DNA from: Octopus bimaculoides
Taxonomy: Eukaryota
Direction: 5' to 3'
DNA: 64,000 bases
Assembly: GCF_001194135.2 (NCBI RefSeq)
Contig: NC_068982.1
Span: forward strand, 93,538,122 to 93,602,121
The notes under the pieces were generated by a model. It saw only the letters and a program-made list of their open reading frames with translations, made no database searches and was not told the origin of the DNA. This document shows positions 51,411 to 64,000 of the stretch, in pieces. Each line of letters begins with the position of its first letter. Within the stretch, counting starts at the first letter, position 1. Position numbers and translations under genes: made by a program.

Positions 51411-52398
51411 GGTGAGACAGCTGTGACAAATTATGAATAACACTCTCTTTGACAAAATGAGGAATGAAGAGATTCTACAGAGTCCTGGTCAGCCTCCTAT
51501 GATGGAAGTCTTCATTGATAGAAAGTTACATTGGTTGGGACACATACACGAGATGGACAGCAACAGACTCCCCTGACAACTCCTTTACTCTCAACTATGC
51601 AAAGGAAAAAGAAACCATAGGAGACCTTAACTGGGATTCAAACATACTGCAAAATGGAATATGAAGTGGAAAGGAATTGATCATAATAAATGGTAAACTC
51701 AAGTGAAAATCTCACCATTAGGAAAAATGTTTATTAAGTTATACCAAAGCCATAAAGTCATAGCTGTGATGACTGACTGCAGATTATCAGAAATAATAAA
51801 AGACAATGTAATTAATAGGTTACTGTCCTAAAAAACACATTCAAATTTCGACATGATTATACTCTCTGTAAAGTTGATGGATTGGCAGAATTGTTGGAAT
51901 TGGATAAAATGCCTTAAAGAATTTGTATCAGTTCTTTAGATTCTGTGTTTAAGTTCTGAGGACATCTTTGCCTTTCATTCCTCAGAGATTGATAACATAA
52001 AGCACCAGTCGAGGATGGAGGTCAATGTAATGAACTAATCATATCTTGCTGATGTGTTTCATAATGACAAGATTAAAAGATGAAGGACATTACAACAGGA
52101 AAAAATTCAATATTTAAACATTTTAAGAATATATGATTTAATAAACACAGTAATGAAAGAGTAAACAATTTTTTAAACAATTTATTTATAAAAAAAACAA
52201 AAAAACACCCCTAATACTTTAATCATTTCATATCAAGCAAAATGTTAAATCTGAGAAAAACTATGTAGAATTTCAGGAAGATAGACTTTCAATGGCTTGA
52301 AATCTGTGATGGATGAGGTAATGAAGGGTATTTTTTAACTCCTATTACACAAATAGTCTAAACATGTCTCAGTATAACAGTTTAAAACACTCAACAGT

Positions 52399-52587
52399 TT
52401 AAAATGTTGTTTTTATATTTAACAAGTTTTTTACACTTTCTTTATATGCTTTCAAGTTCTCTGTATTTTCACCCTCATCAATCATTGATGTTAGGGTTTT
52501 TTTGTAAGCCTGAACTTGAGGAAGAGCAGCAACAGTTTCTTCTGAGACATCCGATGGTAGATAAGGTAGTTGTTTGTCATCAGAGAC
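52399..52587 (-). CDS. Putative terminal coding exon of an unidentified gene
   Basis: Strong acceptor GTTTTATTTTATTTCAG|GTC; open 62 codons VSDDKQLPYLPSDVSEETVAALPQVQAYKKTLTSMIDEGENTENLKAYKESVKNLLNIKTTF*; AATAAA at 52186-52181; no transposon similarity recognised. Confidence 0.6.
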   Translation of the reverse strand, partial: VSDDKQLPYLPSDVSEETVAALPQVQAYKKTLTSMIDEGENTENLKAYKESVKNLLNIKTTF

Positions 52588-54779
52588 CTGAAATAAAATA
52601 AAACATAAAAAAGGTGAAAAATTGATAATTATATCAATGAGGATAATAAGAAATCAAAATTTTTGAACCATGTACTTCCCCTTTTGCCATTTTCTTTCTC
52701 TTTCCAACATTTAGAGGATTTGAGTTTGTACAAAATGGTGGGTTTTTTTATGTTAAACATAAATACATATGTATTTAAGAACAATTTGTATTGCTTACAG
52801 ATTCTTTTATCAGCCAAACTGACTAAAGTAGCACCACCTTACATATTTCTTCAGAATGTTTTTGCTTTTATTTCTTACAAAGAAATACTAATGTGTGAAT
52901 CTTTCAAATAAATATTAAAGTGTGAATCTATATAATTCCTTGGTTTAGTTAGTGTCTGTTTTTCTTATAGCAAGGATGTGTATTTACTAAAAATACTTGC
53001 TTGTAAATTTACCTTACATAGAATATTTATTACTATATATGTCATATTGCTTTTAACACCCTTCTTAACATGTAAAACAATCAACAATATATCCTCTCTC
53101 ATTTTGACTATTATTTTATCCAGGATACCCAACACACCTTGATCTCATCAATTCTTCCCACATCTTCCTTTGTCAACACTATCATCACACATTACTCATA
53201 CTAACACTGTTGTCTCACCTACATGCAACAATTGAAGCTTTCAATGTCAAGCCATTCTCTCAAATTACGTGTGCTCTGCACAATATGCAGATGACCATCT
53301 TCAACAGATTAACAAATGACCAAGTGGTTTATTCTTAGCTAAGAACATATTTTGAGTAGCCTATGAAGGAATGTAACTGTTGTGTTACTTAGTTGAATTA
53401 TTGGCAACTAAACCAGCCAACTACTGCATTTGACCAGTGAGGAGGCTGTGTGGATACCCAGTAGATTAAAAAAACCCCATCAAAAACAGATCATCTCCTT
53501 AGAGCTAACAGCATTGATATACTGGGGAGGAGATGGGCACCCCAGCCCAGTGAAACACTTGAAAAGAATTTACACCAATACTAAATTCTATACTAGATTG
53601 GTGAGGATTCAGGTTTATAATGGCCATGTTCCTCACTATATTAAAGAAGGTTCAGAACTGATTGAGTTTGAAAAGACAAGAAATTCAAATGCAGTAAAGC
53701 TATGACATTGACTTGACTAGGTGCCACACCCTTATACAAAACTAAACTATACTATTTTTTCTACTATCTTTTCTAATATTTTCTCAAAGACTTGATCTAT
53801 CAATTAGAAATTACTGCAGACATATTTACAGTGCATTTCCTTTAGCTTTGAGGCAATTTATGATGTTTTCATAATATCATAATACTAATATGTTTTTGCA
53901 TCTGAGCAATTATTACTGATGAACCTGCAGTTTTACCAGCATTCAACTCTTTCATTATCTTAGAAACCATTACAGCTATGCCTTCTCTTGGTTATTCATG
54001 CTCATGCATCTCATTCAATAACTTAGAACTTTTCTGTACTTCTTAATTTTCACTATGATAGGGAGATGGTCATACTTTCTTTGACACTGTAGAAATAACA
54101 AAACTGCATCTGCTACAAATTACATATTATGATCTTAAAAAAAAAGGGCACATTCGGTAGTGTTGTCCAAGCTATACAATGCTTGAAAAATGTTGAAACA
54201 GTCATTTATAAATAGCCTTTGATCAGAGGTGGGCTGGATCAAGATTGAGTTGAAGCTAACAATCAATACCAAAACTAGCACTTGAATTGCATGAAGTGTT
54301 AAATGCAATAAGTATATACAGAGTTATGTACCTTGATTGGAAGTAGACTGATGAACAAAGTTTGATACCATAACCATATATTCAGGAGTCATTGTACTTA
54401 TTTTTGTATCACATTTACAAAATTTTAAAGAAACTTGAGATCCTGTGGATAATACCACCAGAGAAGTTTTTTAATCGATGAAATATTTTCAGTTTAGTAG
54501 GAAATAAATTTAGTAGTAAAAAAGAAGGAAAACACATACACATTTCAACTATACAAGGGTTGAAAATATTTCAGAATTTAAACCCTACAACGATAAGTTC
54601 CACCTCTACTTCATAATCAAGTGACTTAATATAAGAAATGATATCCAATGTAATAACTACTTCACTAAAAAGACCATCTAACACATAATAGTTTGGTACT
54701 TATTTTATCAACTTTATGGACATATATTTGTGTCCATAATATGTATGTGTATGTATATTTATTTTATATGCTGTATAAG

Positions 54780-55805
54780 TATGCCCATGAAGACCTTATA
54801 AGGCTGAAGGAAATTCAAACTGCAGCTTGTATCTGTACCTGCTGCCTCTAGGTAAGTGACCTCAAAGATGATTCCTTTCCAGATGCTGAAAACATCATCC
54901 TCAGTCTACAAGCACAAAGCTTCCACAATGAGAGGTAGGTCTGGAGAGACTGCTGAAATGCTTGAGTGAAGGTATGTAGATGTGTGCTGCATGCAAGAGG
55001 TACAATGAAGGTGAGCCCCAGTTAGACTGCTTACAGGTAAGAGACATAGATACATGTTCTTCTGGGTGGGCAGCAATGATGGTCTAGGTGGTGTAGGTAT
55101 TCTCCAGGCAGAGAAATGGGTGTATAAGGAGACTGAGGTAGTTAAGGTATGTGATAGATCAATCTTTTCTGTGGACTACTTTGACAATGAAAGACAATTA
55201 TGTTCTCATTGCGGCAGGGGACTTCATGGCCATGTTGGAAAAGGCTCTGATGGGTTTCAGGGAATGCATGGAAGCTACAGTTTGGCCCTAGAAATAAGGA
55301 AGGAACAAGGTTGCTGGAGTTTTGTGATGCACATGATTTAGTGATCTCCAATATCGACTTCATAAAACCTGCCAGCCATCTCATCACCTATCAATCTGGT
55401 AGGCATAGTAGCCAGAGTGACTACATCCTCACCAGAAACAGAGACAGGCATATGACAGGCAAGAGAAGTATTTAGCTAAGATTAAACCATTATTTTTGGC
55501 ATTTGTTGATCTAAAGAAAGCCTTTGATAGATTACCTTGATGTGTAATATGGTGGGCTCTGAAGAAGCTAGGGATAGACGAGTGGCTTGTGAAAGCTGTA
55601 CATGCTATGCACAGAGGCTCTGTCAGTAAGGTAAAAGTTAACTATCAATACAGTGATGAATTTGGTGTACAGGTAGACATTCATCAGAGCTTGGTACTTA
55701 GTCCCCTCCCTTTCATCATTGTCCTCCAGGCCATAATAGAGGAATTCAAGACTGGCTGCCCTTGGAAACAGCTAAATGTGGATGACCTTGCTCTCATAGC
55801 AGCTC
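54780..55805 (+). pseudogene. Old, internally deleted RTE with APE endonuclease and RT remnants
   Basis: RGRSGETAEMLE*RYVDVCCMQEV, FFWVGSNDGLGGVGIL, AFVDLKKAFD, GIDEWLVKAV, VLSPLPF, NVDDLAL. Confidence 0.8.
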
Positions 55806-55960
55806 TCCAGTTTACCAGATCTGGGCAAACCATCCAACTCATGCCAGAACAGAAAATGAACATTAAATAATGATAATGATTTGTTGAATCAGTAAGTTAA
55901 AACAAAAAACTAAAAACAGACTACAAAATACTTGCTAGAAATTTCAAAAATGCAGTTTAC

Positions 55961-56095
55961 CTCAGATCCATTACTGCTGTCAGTATCTTTAATTCTTTGA
56001 AGCAGTTGGACTATATTCTTTCTTGAAACATTCTTATCCCAGAAAAAACATTCCCAGTCTGCTTCAGTTTTCTCAGATTCCCAAGGCTCCACTCG
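55961..56095 (-). CDS. Putative penultimate exon of the same unidentified gene
   Basis: 135-nt open frame RVEPWESEKTEADWECFFWDKNVSRKNIVQLLQRIKDTDSSNGSE; donor GAG|GTAAAC (phase 0) fits the 52587 acceptor. The acceptor (TCTTCTATTAAAAG) is weak, so the 5' boundary is uncertain. Confidence 0.45.
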
Positions 56096-56423
56096 CTTTT
56101 AATAGAAGACAAGTCAATATTTGATAGTAAATTTTCAGTGTAGAGTTAAAAAAATAAACATAGTTTGAAGGTACTGAAAAAAAACTAATAAAAAGAAATT
56201 TAAAATTTAATTTATCCACTGAAAGCAACAAACAGAAAGTTTGATATCTATTGTGTTTTTGTATCTTATCTGTAGTTAGTTATTTTTATTGATTTTATTT
56301 TGCATAAATGTTATGCTAACTTCTCTATAAACCAAAAGGTCTTTGTTAAACCCTAAGCCAGTTCAGATTAAGCTTAATCAAACATGTTCCAGCCATATCC
56401 ATTGTCTATTTTCAGATATAGTA

Positions 56424-57700
56424 TCAGGTTGGTGCAAAAGTAATGTCCGATTTCTAGAAAAAATGATTCAGAGTGAATTTATCAATTTTTTAACCTCCTC
56501 TTATAATTTTAAGATATCTCTGTGTACTATTTTCTTTTAGATTATCTAACTTCTGGCCATAATTCTCAAAAAATTTTACCACCATGTTTGTCCCATCTAA
56601 AGATCATATAAGAAATGTTTTACTCTATGAGTTTCATAAAGGTGTTACTGCAAGTGTGGCAGCAAGATCTATTCAGAGTACTTATGGGGATGATTTAGTG
56701 AATTAAAAAACTTGCAGGAGGTGGTTTTCCCATTTCCAAAGTGGTGATTCCACTTTGAAAGAAGAGCCAAAAGAGGGTCATTCAAAAAAACTTAATTCCG
56801 AAATGTTGGAAGCTCTCGTTTTAGAGAACCCTACTGTTACCACTAGGGAACTTGCAGAACAGTTAAACGTGGCCCATACAACCATGGTACGCCAACTAAA
56901 GCACATTGGAAAGGTTTCAGTGGCTGGAAAATGGGTCCCTCATGAGCTGTCTCCATAGAATTAACAACAGCATGTTGTCAATCATTGCTTTCGCAACACT
57001 TTCAAGCAACATTTTTGGACAGGCTTGTTACAGGTGGCAAGAAGTGGATATTTTACCATAATGTTAAATGCTGCTGTTCTTGGATCAGTCGAGGAGGACA
57101 GCCAGTTCAACAGCCAAGAGCGAGACTTCATCCAAAGAAGATCATGTTGAGTGTACAGTGGGATATTAAAGGAGTAATCCATTATGAACTGTTACATATA
57201 AAAGAGCTATATATATAAAAGAGCTTGGAACAATTAATGCTAATCTTCATTGTGAGCAACTTCGTCGTTTGAAAACAGTTCTGAGCCAAAAGTGAGCATC
57301 CTTGGTTAACAGAAAGGGTGTCATCTTCCATCAGGATAATGCTCGTCCTCACACAGCTCGACTGACCAAAACTCTCTTGGAAGAACTTGGTCGGGAAATA
57401 CTGCCTCATCCTCCATATTCTTCTAACCTTGCTCCTTCTGATTACCATTTGTTCTGAGGACTACAGAACCATTTTGATGGACTTAGGTTAACTACAAGAG
57501 AAGAGATTGAAAATGAGTTGGGTTCATATTTTGGTTCTAAACCTAAAGAATTTTACACGCGAGGCATTTATAAAGTTGGATGGAATGAGGTCATTGAAAG
57601 CAATGGAGAGTATGTTAATGAATAAATATTTCCATAGTCATTGGCTTATTCATTTTTATCTTAGATCTTTAAATCAGACATTATTTTTGCACCACCCTGA
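56424..57700 (+). mobile_element. Full-length dead mariner (DD34D) transposon, 1277 bp
   Basis: 30-bp TIRs TCAGGTTGGTGCAAAAGTAATGTCCGATTT with 3 mismatches, TA on both sides; WVPHEL, LVTGGKKW, HPKKIML, HQDNARPH, HPPYSSNLAPSDYHLF; multiple stops and frameshifts. Confidence 0.92.
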
Positions 57701-58306
57701 TATATCTAATGGGCCCTTTTTTTTTCAACAATAATAATTAGAAGGAAATGTGGTTGGTACTTTTAGCAGGTTGCACTACCTGATAGAGGCTTTTTACACT
57801 GACTTGTGAGCCACAGGGCTGAAGATTTTAGTCTTTTGCAAGAGACTTCAGCATCTGTTACCAAAATATAGGTGAACGGAGATTACAGAGTGAAGTAATC
57901 AGCTCAGAGAAACAAAATGTCATCAGTGCATATAAACTCTTAAATTAAAATATACTAATCCAGTAATTCATTTGCTTAACTAAGCAACAATACACACTGA
58001 GCCAGCAAACAATAGTTAAGTTAATGCTGTGAGCATCAAAAAGTTAAATAGAAATATTTATAGAGTAACAAGAAGACAATATTAGTCAATGACTAATAGT
58101 ATTTGAATTATAAGACAGTCAGCAGACAGAATCATAGTGGCGATTTAAGCAATGTGTTCTTGGATGGTTCCAAAAAAGGAGTAAGAACTGAAATATGCAT
58201 ATACACCCATTATAATATCTTTGATTGCATTGTTTACATTGACATATTCGTATATGAAATGTAACTTTCAATACTGGCTCTAATTTCTATAGAAAATCTT
58301 TCTATA

Positions 58307-58701
58307 TAGGCGTAGGAGTGGCTGTGTGGTAAGTAGCTTGCTTACCAACCACATGGTTCTGGGTTCAGTCCCACTGCGTGGCACCTTGGGCAAGTGTCTT
58401 CTACTATAGCCTCGGGCTGACCAAAGCCTTGTGAGTGGATTTGGTAGATGGAAACTGAAAGAAGCCCATCATATATATGTATGTATGTATGTGTATATGT
58501 TTGTCCCCCCCCCCCCAACATCGTTTGACAACCGATGGTGGTGTGTTTACGTCCCCATAACTCAGCAGTTCGGCAAAAGAAATCAATAGAATAAGTACTA
58601 GGCTTCCAAAGAATAAGTCCTGGGGTCGATTTGGTCGACTAAAAGGCGGTGCTCCAGCATGGCCACAGTCAAATGACTGAAACAAGTAAAAGAGTAAAAG
58701 A
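58307..58701 (+). mobile_element. Near full-length tRNA-derived SINE
   Basis: A box GTGGCTGTGTGGT (58318), B box GGTTCAGTCCC (58362), internal TATG tract, tail (GTAAAAGA)2; other pieces at 47448-47775 and 40370-40455(-). Confidence 0.85.
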
Positions 58702-60288
58702 TATAACTTTAAAAAGTAATCATAAAAGTGTTGGGAAAAGAATGCTTGGCAGAATTTCTTCTGGCATTGTATATCCTGAGTTTAAAATTCTGATGAGGTC
58801 AACTTTGCCATTTATCTTTTTGAGGTTCAGAAAATATATACCATTTAAGCACTGGGGTTGATGTAATCAACTAAACTTATCCCTTGAAAAACTGCTAGCC
58901 TTGTGCCAAAATCAGAATATTACATGAATTATTCTAACAAGTGTGCTTCAATCTAATTGAACCTCCTCAATGATGTATAGATCTCACTACATTTGCTGAT
59001 GTAGCAATGATCTAATCATTAAGCACATGTACAAGACTTGATGCAAAAATAAGCATATTTTAGAAAATAATGAGAAAGGACTCAAGGTTGCCATCTGTAT
59101 GGAAAACATGAGTCAAGTTACTTAGTGTTACGTATTGAATGCAGTAATCAATAAAAACCTAATTAGAAATAATTTTAATGATGAAAAAGCAAAATTAGTC
59201 TACAACTAGTGTTAATAAGTTTTTGTAATGATGTAATTGAAACCTCTCACTAGTAATGTCTTCTCTATATTCTGCATTATAAATGATGCAAAAGATATTC
59301 GTACAGTGAAGGAGCTTTGAATCAGTATTTAAAACATTTGAAGTCTTTATATAAATATAGGTAAAGCAGATAAACTAATTTGAACTCAACATACCAAACT
59401 ATTGCTGAGCTGATATATCTATTGTACTGGCATACAGTTATAATGACTGGATCATTTGAAAATAAAGTATTTAAACATGAACATAGTGTCAGGGTATAAG
59501 TAGTGGATTAATTATTAAGTGACCTTACAATCCATTGATTTCATCAGCTGTGAATGTAACGGTTGTTTTAAACATCAATAATCAATAGTATAAAAAAATT
59601 TGGTTCCCTACATTTTAAATTTGCATCTCTTTCTATGTGAATGTAATAAAATTAAAATTAGTAACTGAATTAACAAAGGTATTGTATTACAAAGTCTTTC
59701 TTACCCACGATTCATGATATAATGCAGTCAATACATAAACCAGATAATCATAATTCTGTTTCTTCAAAGGACATCTGTGGTACAAAAAGAAAAATAACTG
59801 AAATCATTTAATTGGTTGACAACACAAATGTAATATACATGTTTTTAAGCCATGACATCTACACACACATACATATATATAAAAAAAGCTTGGAAGATAT
59901 TTAAGTGATATTATTGACAGGAGTACCACAAGGAAAACCAAAGACACAAACTTCAGATGCACAAGAGAACTAATAATGCTTTCTGCTATAGGGCACAATG
60001 CCTGAAGTTTTGATGGGAGGAGCTAGTTGATTACATCAGTCCCAGTACTCAACTAGTACTTGTTTTACTAATCCCATAAAGATGAAAGGTTAATAATAAT
60101 AATAAAAATGACATGACAACAGATAAGGCTTCTTTGATGCTTATGTTTTACTTACTATATCTTCTCTATCAAATTTTCACATTTACATTCATTATGAAGA
60201 GAGCTTTGAAAAAGGTTTTCAGTTAAGTTATAGTATAATAATCACTATGTATATATATTTATACACACACATACATACATGCACACAC

Positions 60289-60317
<29 letters not shown>

Positions 60318-60319
<2 letters not shown>

Positions 60320-61043
60320 ATCATCATCATCATCATCATCGTTTAACGTCCGCTTTCCATGCTAGCATGGGTTGGACGATTTGACTGAGGACTGGTGAAA
60401 TCGGATGGCAACACCAGGCTCCAATCTAATTTGGCAGAGTTTCTACAGCTGGATGCCCTTCCTAACGCCAACCACTCAGAGAGTGTAGTGGGTGCTTTTA
60501 CGTGTCACCCGCACGAAAACGACCACGCTCAAAATGGTGTCTTTTATGTGCCACCNNNNNNNNNNNNNNNNNNNNNNNNNNNNNNNNNNNNNNNNNNNNN
60601 NNNNNNNNNNNNNNNNNNNNNNNNNNNNNNNNNNNNNNNNNNNNNNNNNNNNNNNNNNNNNNNNNNNNNNNNNNNNNNNNNNNNNNNNNNNNNNNNNNNN
60701 NNNNNNNNNNNNNNNNNNNNNNNNNNNNNNNNNNNNGGGTCTTCTCACGCACAGCACATTTCCAAAGGTCTCGGTCAGTAGTCATCGCCTCGGTGAGGCC
60801 CAATGTACGAAGGTCTTGCCTCACCACCTCAGCCCAGGTCTTCCTGGGCCTACCTCTTCCACGGGTTCCCTCAACTGTTAGGGTGTGGCACTTTTTCACG
60901 CAGTTATCCTCATCCATTCTCACCACATGTCCATACCAGCGCAATCGTCTCTCTTGCACACCACAACTGATGCTTCTAATGTTCAGCTTTTCTCTCAAGA
61001 TACTTACACTCTGACGGGTATTCACATTGACATTACACATCCA
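60318..61043 (-). mobile_element. RTE LINE 3' end (5' truncated at WMCNV)
   Basis: WMCNVNVNTRQSV...RWYGHVVRM...GRGRPRKTW; (CAT)n on + is the reverse-strand tail. Confidence 0.9.
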
Positions 61044-61066
61044 ATATATATATATATATAATTTTT

Positions 61067-62250
61067 TTGCTGAGTCACTATCAGAACTAGAGGAGTTTCA
61101 GGTGTGGAAGCAAGGACTAGAATCGAAGGGCCTTAAAGTCAATCTAACTAAAACCAAAGTCCTAATAAGTAGGAAGGTAGGCAAAACACAAACCCCTTCA
61201 GGTAGATGGCCCTGCTCGATCTATGGACACATAAGAGGTGCAGCAATATCAAAGGAAGGCTAACTAGCAAGATAGTTTTTGTACGTGGCAGATGCTCAGG
61301 AGCAATAAACACTGAAAATGCACAGAAAACAACCTTTGCCACATTCCAGGGGAAAAACTAGAAGTAGTTGATAGCTTCCGCTACCTAGGTGAACAAGTTA
61401 GTAGCGGGAGAGGGTGCGCTGAAAGCATAGCTGCTAGAATAAGAATAGCCTGGGCAAAGTTCAGAGAGCTCTTATCTCTGCTGGTGACAAAGGGCATCTC
61501 GCTCAGAGTAAAAGGCAGACTGTATGACGCTTGCGTACAAACTGCCATGCAACAAAGCTGTGAAACATGAGCCATGACTGCTGAGGACATGCGTAAGCTT
61601 GCAAGAAACGAAGCCAGTATGCTCCGATGGATGTGCAATGTTAGTGTGCATACTCAACAGAGTGTAAGTACCTTGAGAGAAAAGTTAGACCTAAAAAGCA
61701 TCAGTTGTGGTGTGCAAGAGAGACGATTGCGCTGGTATGGTCATGTGGCGAGAATGGATGAGGATAGCTGTGTGAAAAAGTGCCACACCCTAGCAGTTGA
61801 GGGAACCTGTGGAAGAGGTAGACCCAGGAAGACCTGGGATGAGGTGGTGAAGCACGACCTTCGAACTTTAGGCCTCACCAAGACAATGACTAGTGACCGG
61901 GACCTTTCGAAATATGCAGTACGTGAGAAGATCCGGCAAGCCAAGTGAGTGCATAATCTGTGGCCTCTGCCATAAGCGTAGCCAGCTCACTTATTATTCG
62001 TATCTTTACTTCATTAGACACTAAACTCTGCTTGCGAAGACCTGTTGGGGCAAGTGAAATCGAAATTGTAATTGAACCATATTCGATCACCAGCACCTGT
62101 GCCAGTGGTGCACTAACAGCACCGTCCGAGCGTGATCATTGCCAGAACAGCTGTCTGGCTTCCGTGCTAGTGGCACGTAAATAGCACCATTTGAGCGTGA
62201 TCATTACCAGCGTCGCCTTACTGGCACTTGTGCCGGTGGCACGTTAGCAA
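61067..62250 (+). mobile_element. RTE LINE 3' half, back-to-back with the preceding copy
   Basis: AESLSELEEFQVWKQGLESKGLKVNLTKTKV...RWYGHVARM...GRGRPRKTWDEVVKHDL; 3' UTR runs into a gap. Confidence 0.9.
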
Positions 62251-62577
62251 ATCANNNNNNNNNNNNNNNNNNNNNNNNNNNNNNNNNNNNNNNNNNNNNN
62301 NNNNNNNNNNNNNNNNNNNNNNNNNNNNNNNNNNNNNNNNNNNNNNNNNNNNNNNNNNNNNNNNNNNNNNNNNNNNNNNNNNNNNNNNNNNNNNNNNNNN
62401 NNNNNNNNNNNNNNNNNNNNNNNNNNNNNNNNNNNNNNNNNNNNNNNNNNNNNNNNNNNNNNNNNNNNNNNNNNNNNNNNNNNNNNNNNNNNNNNNNNNN
62501 NNNNNNNNNNNNNNNNNNNNNNNNNNNNNNNNNNNNNNNNNNNNNNNNNNNNNNNNNNNNNNNNNNNNNNNNNNNNN

Positions 62578-62620
<43 letters not shown>

Positions 62621-62638
62621 CTTATATCTTCTTTTCTT

Positions 62639-62669
<31 letters not shown>

Positions 62670-63699
62670 GATAAAAAGTAACAGAATAAGATAAATCCAC
62701 AAGTCTGTACACGTGTATAGGTGTGTATGTATATATAAATGTATATGTATATGCACGCGTATATACATGTACGCGTGTATATGTATGTTGCGAATGCATA
62801 TGTATGCACTTGTAGGAATGCTAGTGGGTACATGTGAATATATGTGATTCTAGGTATAGATTTTTTATATAAGCATGGATTTATATATATGTATGTGTGG
62901 ATATTGATATATTTACACTCTGCATGTGTACATTCACATACAGTTATGCGCATGTGCTTGCCTCTATGTATGCAAGAATTTTTATATATGTAAAAATTAG
63001 ATACAAATGAGTATGTATACACGGGAATGCATGTAACATACATGAGTTTTGTATGCGTATGTATGTGTTGATGTGTGTAAATGCTTATATTACATATTTA
63101 ATATATGCATGTGTATACATCTTCACATATAGACATTCTTCTACTAATAAGCACTGACCTGTCCTCTAAGCAACCTAATCTATACTCCCAAATTCTTCAT
63201 TCCACCATTTTACTACTCCTACCCACTCTCTCTGCCCTTCACTTAGGCTCTATCACTACATACCTTACACTCCTTTATTCTTTACCCTTTCATCACCCTC
63301 ACCTCCTCATTTCTTCTATCAATTTATCACAACTGACACTAACCAGTACACTTTCCCTCTATTCATTTCTTTATTATCTCTCTCCCCGCTTTTCTGTTTT
63401 TTTCCCCTCTCTTCCTGTTTTTGATTTGACCTTACAAACACATTCCCAACTTTTAGGTCACTTCAGAAAAACCCTTGATTCATTAACACCATTTACAAAC
63501 TCTATGCTTGGAATGAGCAATTTTAAATACTATTGGAACTTACACAAGGTACAGGAAACATATGTATACCATTCTGCTTAAATAATGGAACTGTAGATAC
63601 AATATCCCTGCATATCCCACGTCAGTTTTCATTCCTCCACTTCACTCTCTATTTCATATCTTCTCTAGAATAACTATTGCTTAACCATTTTCTCACACC

Positions 63700-63747
63700 G
63701 TCTCCGATGAAGGGATATATAAAATATCCCGGAAACAGCTGTAAGGC
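63700..63747 (+). ncRNA. Type I hammerhead motif (CCGATGA core)
   Basis: GTCT / CCGATGA / A GGGATAT-ATAAA-ATATCCC G / GAAA / palindrome ACAGCTGT / GUA / AGGC. Stem I is 4 bp including one G-U pair. Confidence 0.7.
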
Positions 63748-64000
63748 CTTCTCTTTATAAATGTCCTGAAATCTTTCACAGCCTTGGATTTTTATCTCAT
63801 TCTGTTAATTCTTTATATATATGCATGCTGATATATGACCGACATTGGACTCCTCATTCACATAATCACCAAACCTGGAGCTTAACTATAGTCTGTCCAT
63901 AGCACGTACTCAGAATTACCTGACACCTTTGGGTCTTCTTGACACAATTACCTCTCATAACCTATGTATATATGTGTATACATATATATATATATATATA

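Noticed and set aside
53850-54060. Minus-strand open stretch after a good acceptor
   Set aside because: Contains stops, and KELNAGKTAGSSVIIAQM resembles the RTE pre-RT motif; transposon debris.
57780-57854. Further upstream exon candidate for the minus-strand gene (AEVSCKRLKSSALWLTSQCKKPLS)
   Set aside because: Weak donor (GTAGTG), and its phase fits only a rare GAG acceptor at 56091; unsupported without transcripts.

Overview
AT-rich, repeat-dense animal genomic DNA with many N gaps, most of them next to (TA)n tracts. The repeat landscape (RTE LINEs with (GAT)n tails, tRNA-derived SINEs, abundant microsatellites) suggests an octopus or other cephalopod; this is inference only. The main gene is a three-coding-exon NDNF/nord ortholog on the + strand (24512-24726, 30612-30718, 32302-33623; 547 aa when spliced), and the ORF track shows only its last exon correctly. 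A second, unidentified gene appears to end on the - strand (exons about 55961-56095 and 52399-52587), convergent with NDNF. The rest is transposon debris: RTE, CR1, Tx1 and R4/Dong-like non-LTR fragments, full-length dead mariner and Tc1 copies, hAT and piggyBac-type MITEs, SINEs and a possible Helitron start. The most notable hidden signal is six type I hammerhead ribozyme motifs with palindromic stem III, of the Penelope-like element kind. Three of them, from unrelated repeats, share a CCGANGA core in place of CUGANGA, and three lie on the NDNF sense strand downstream of its stop codon. All coordinates and identities were counted by hand; repeat boundaries are approximate.
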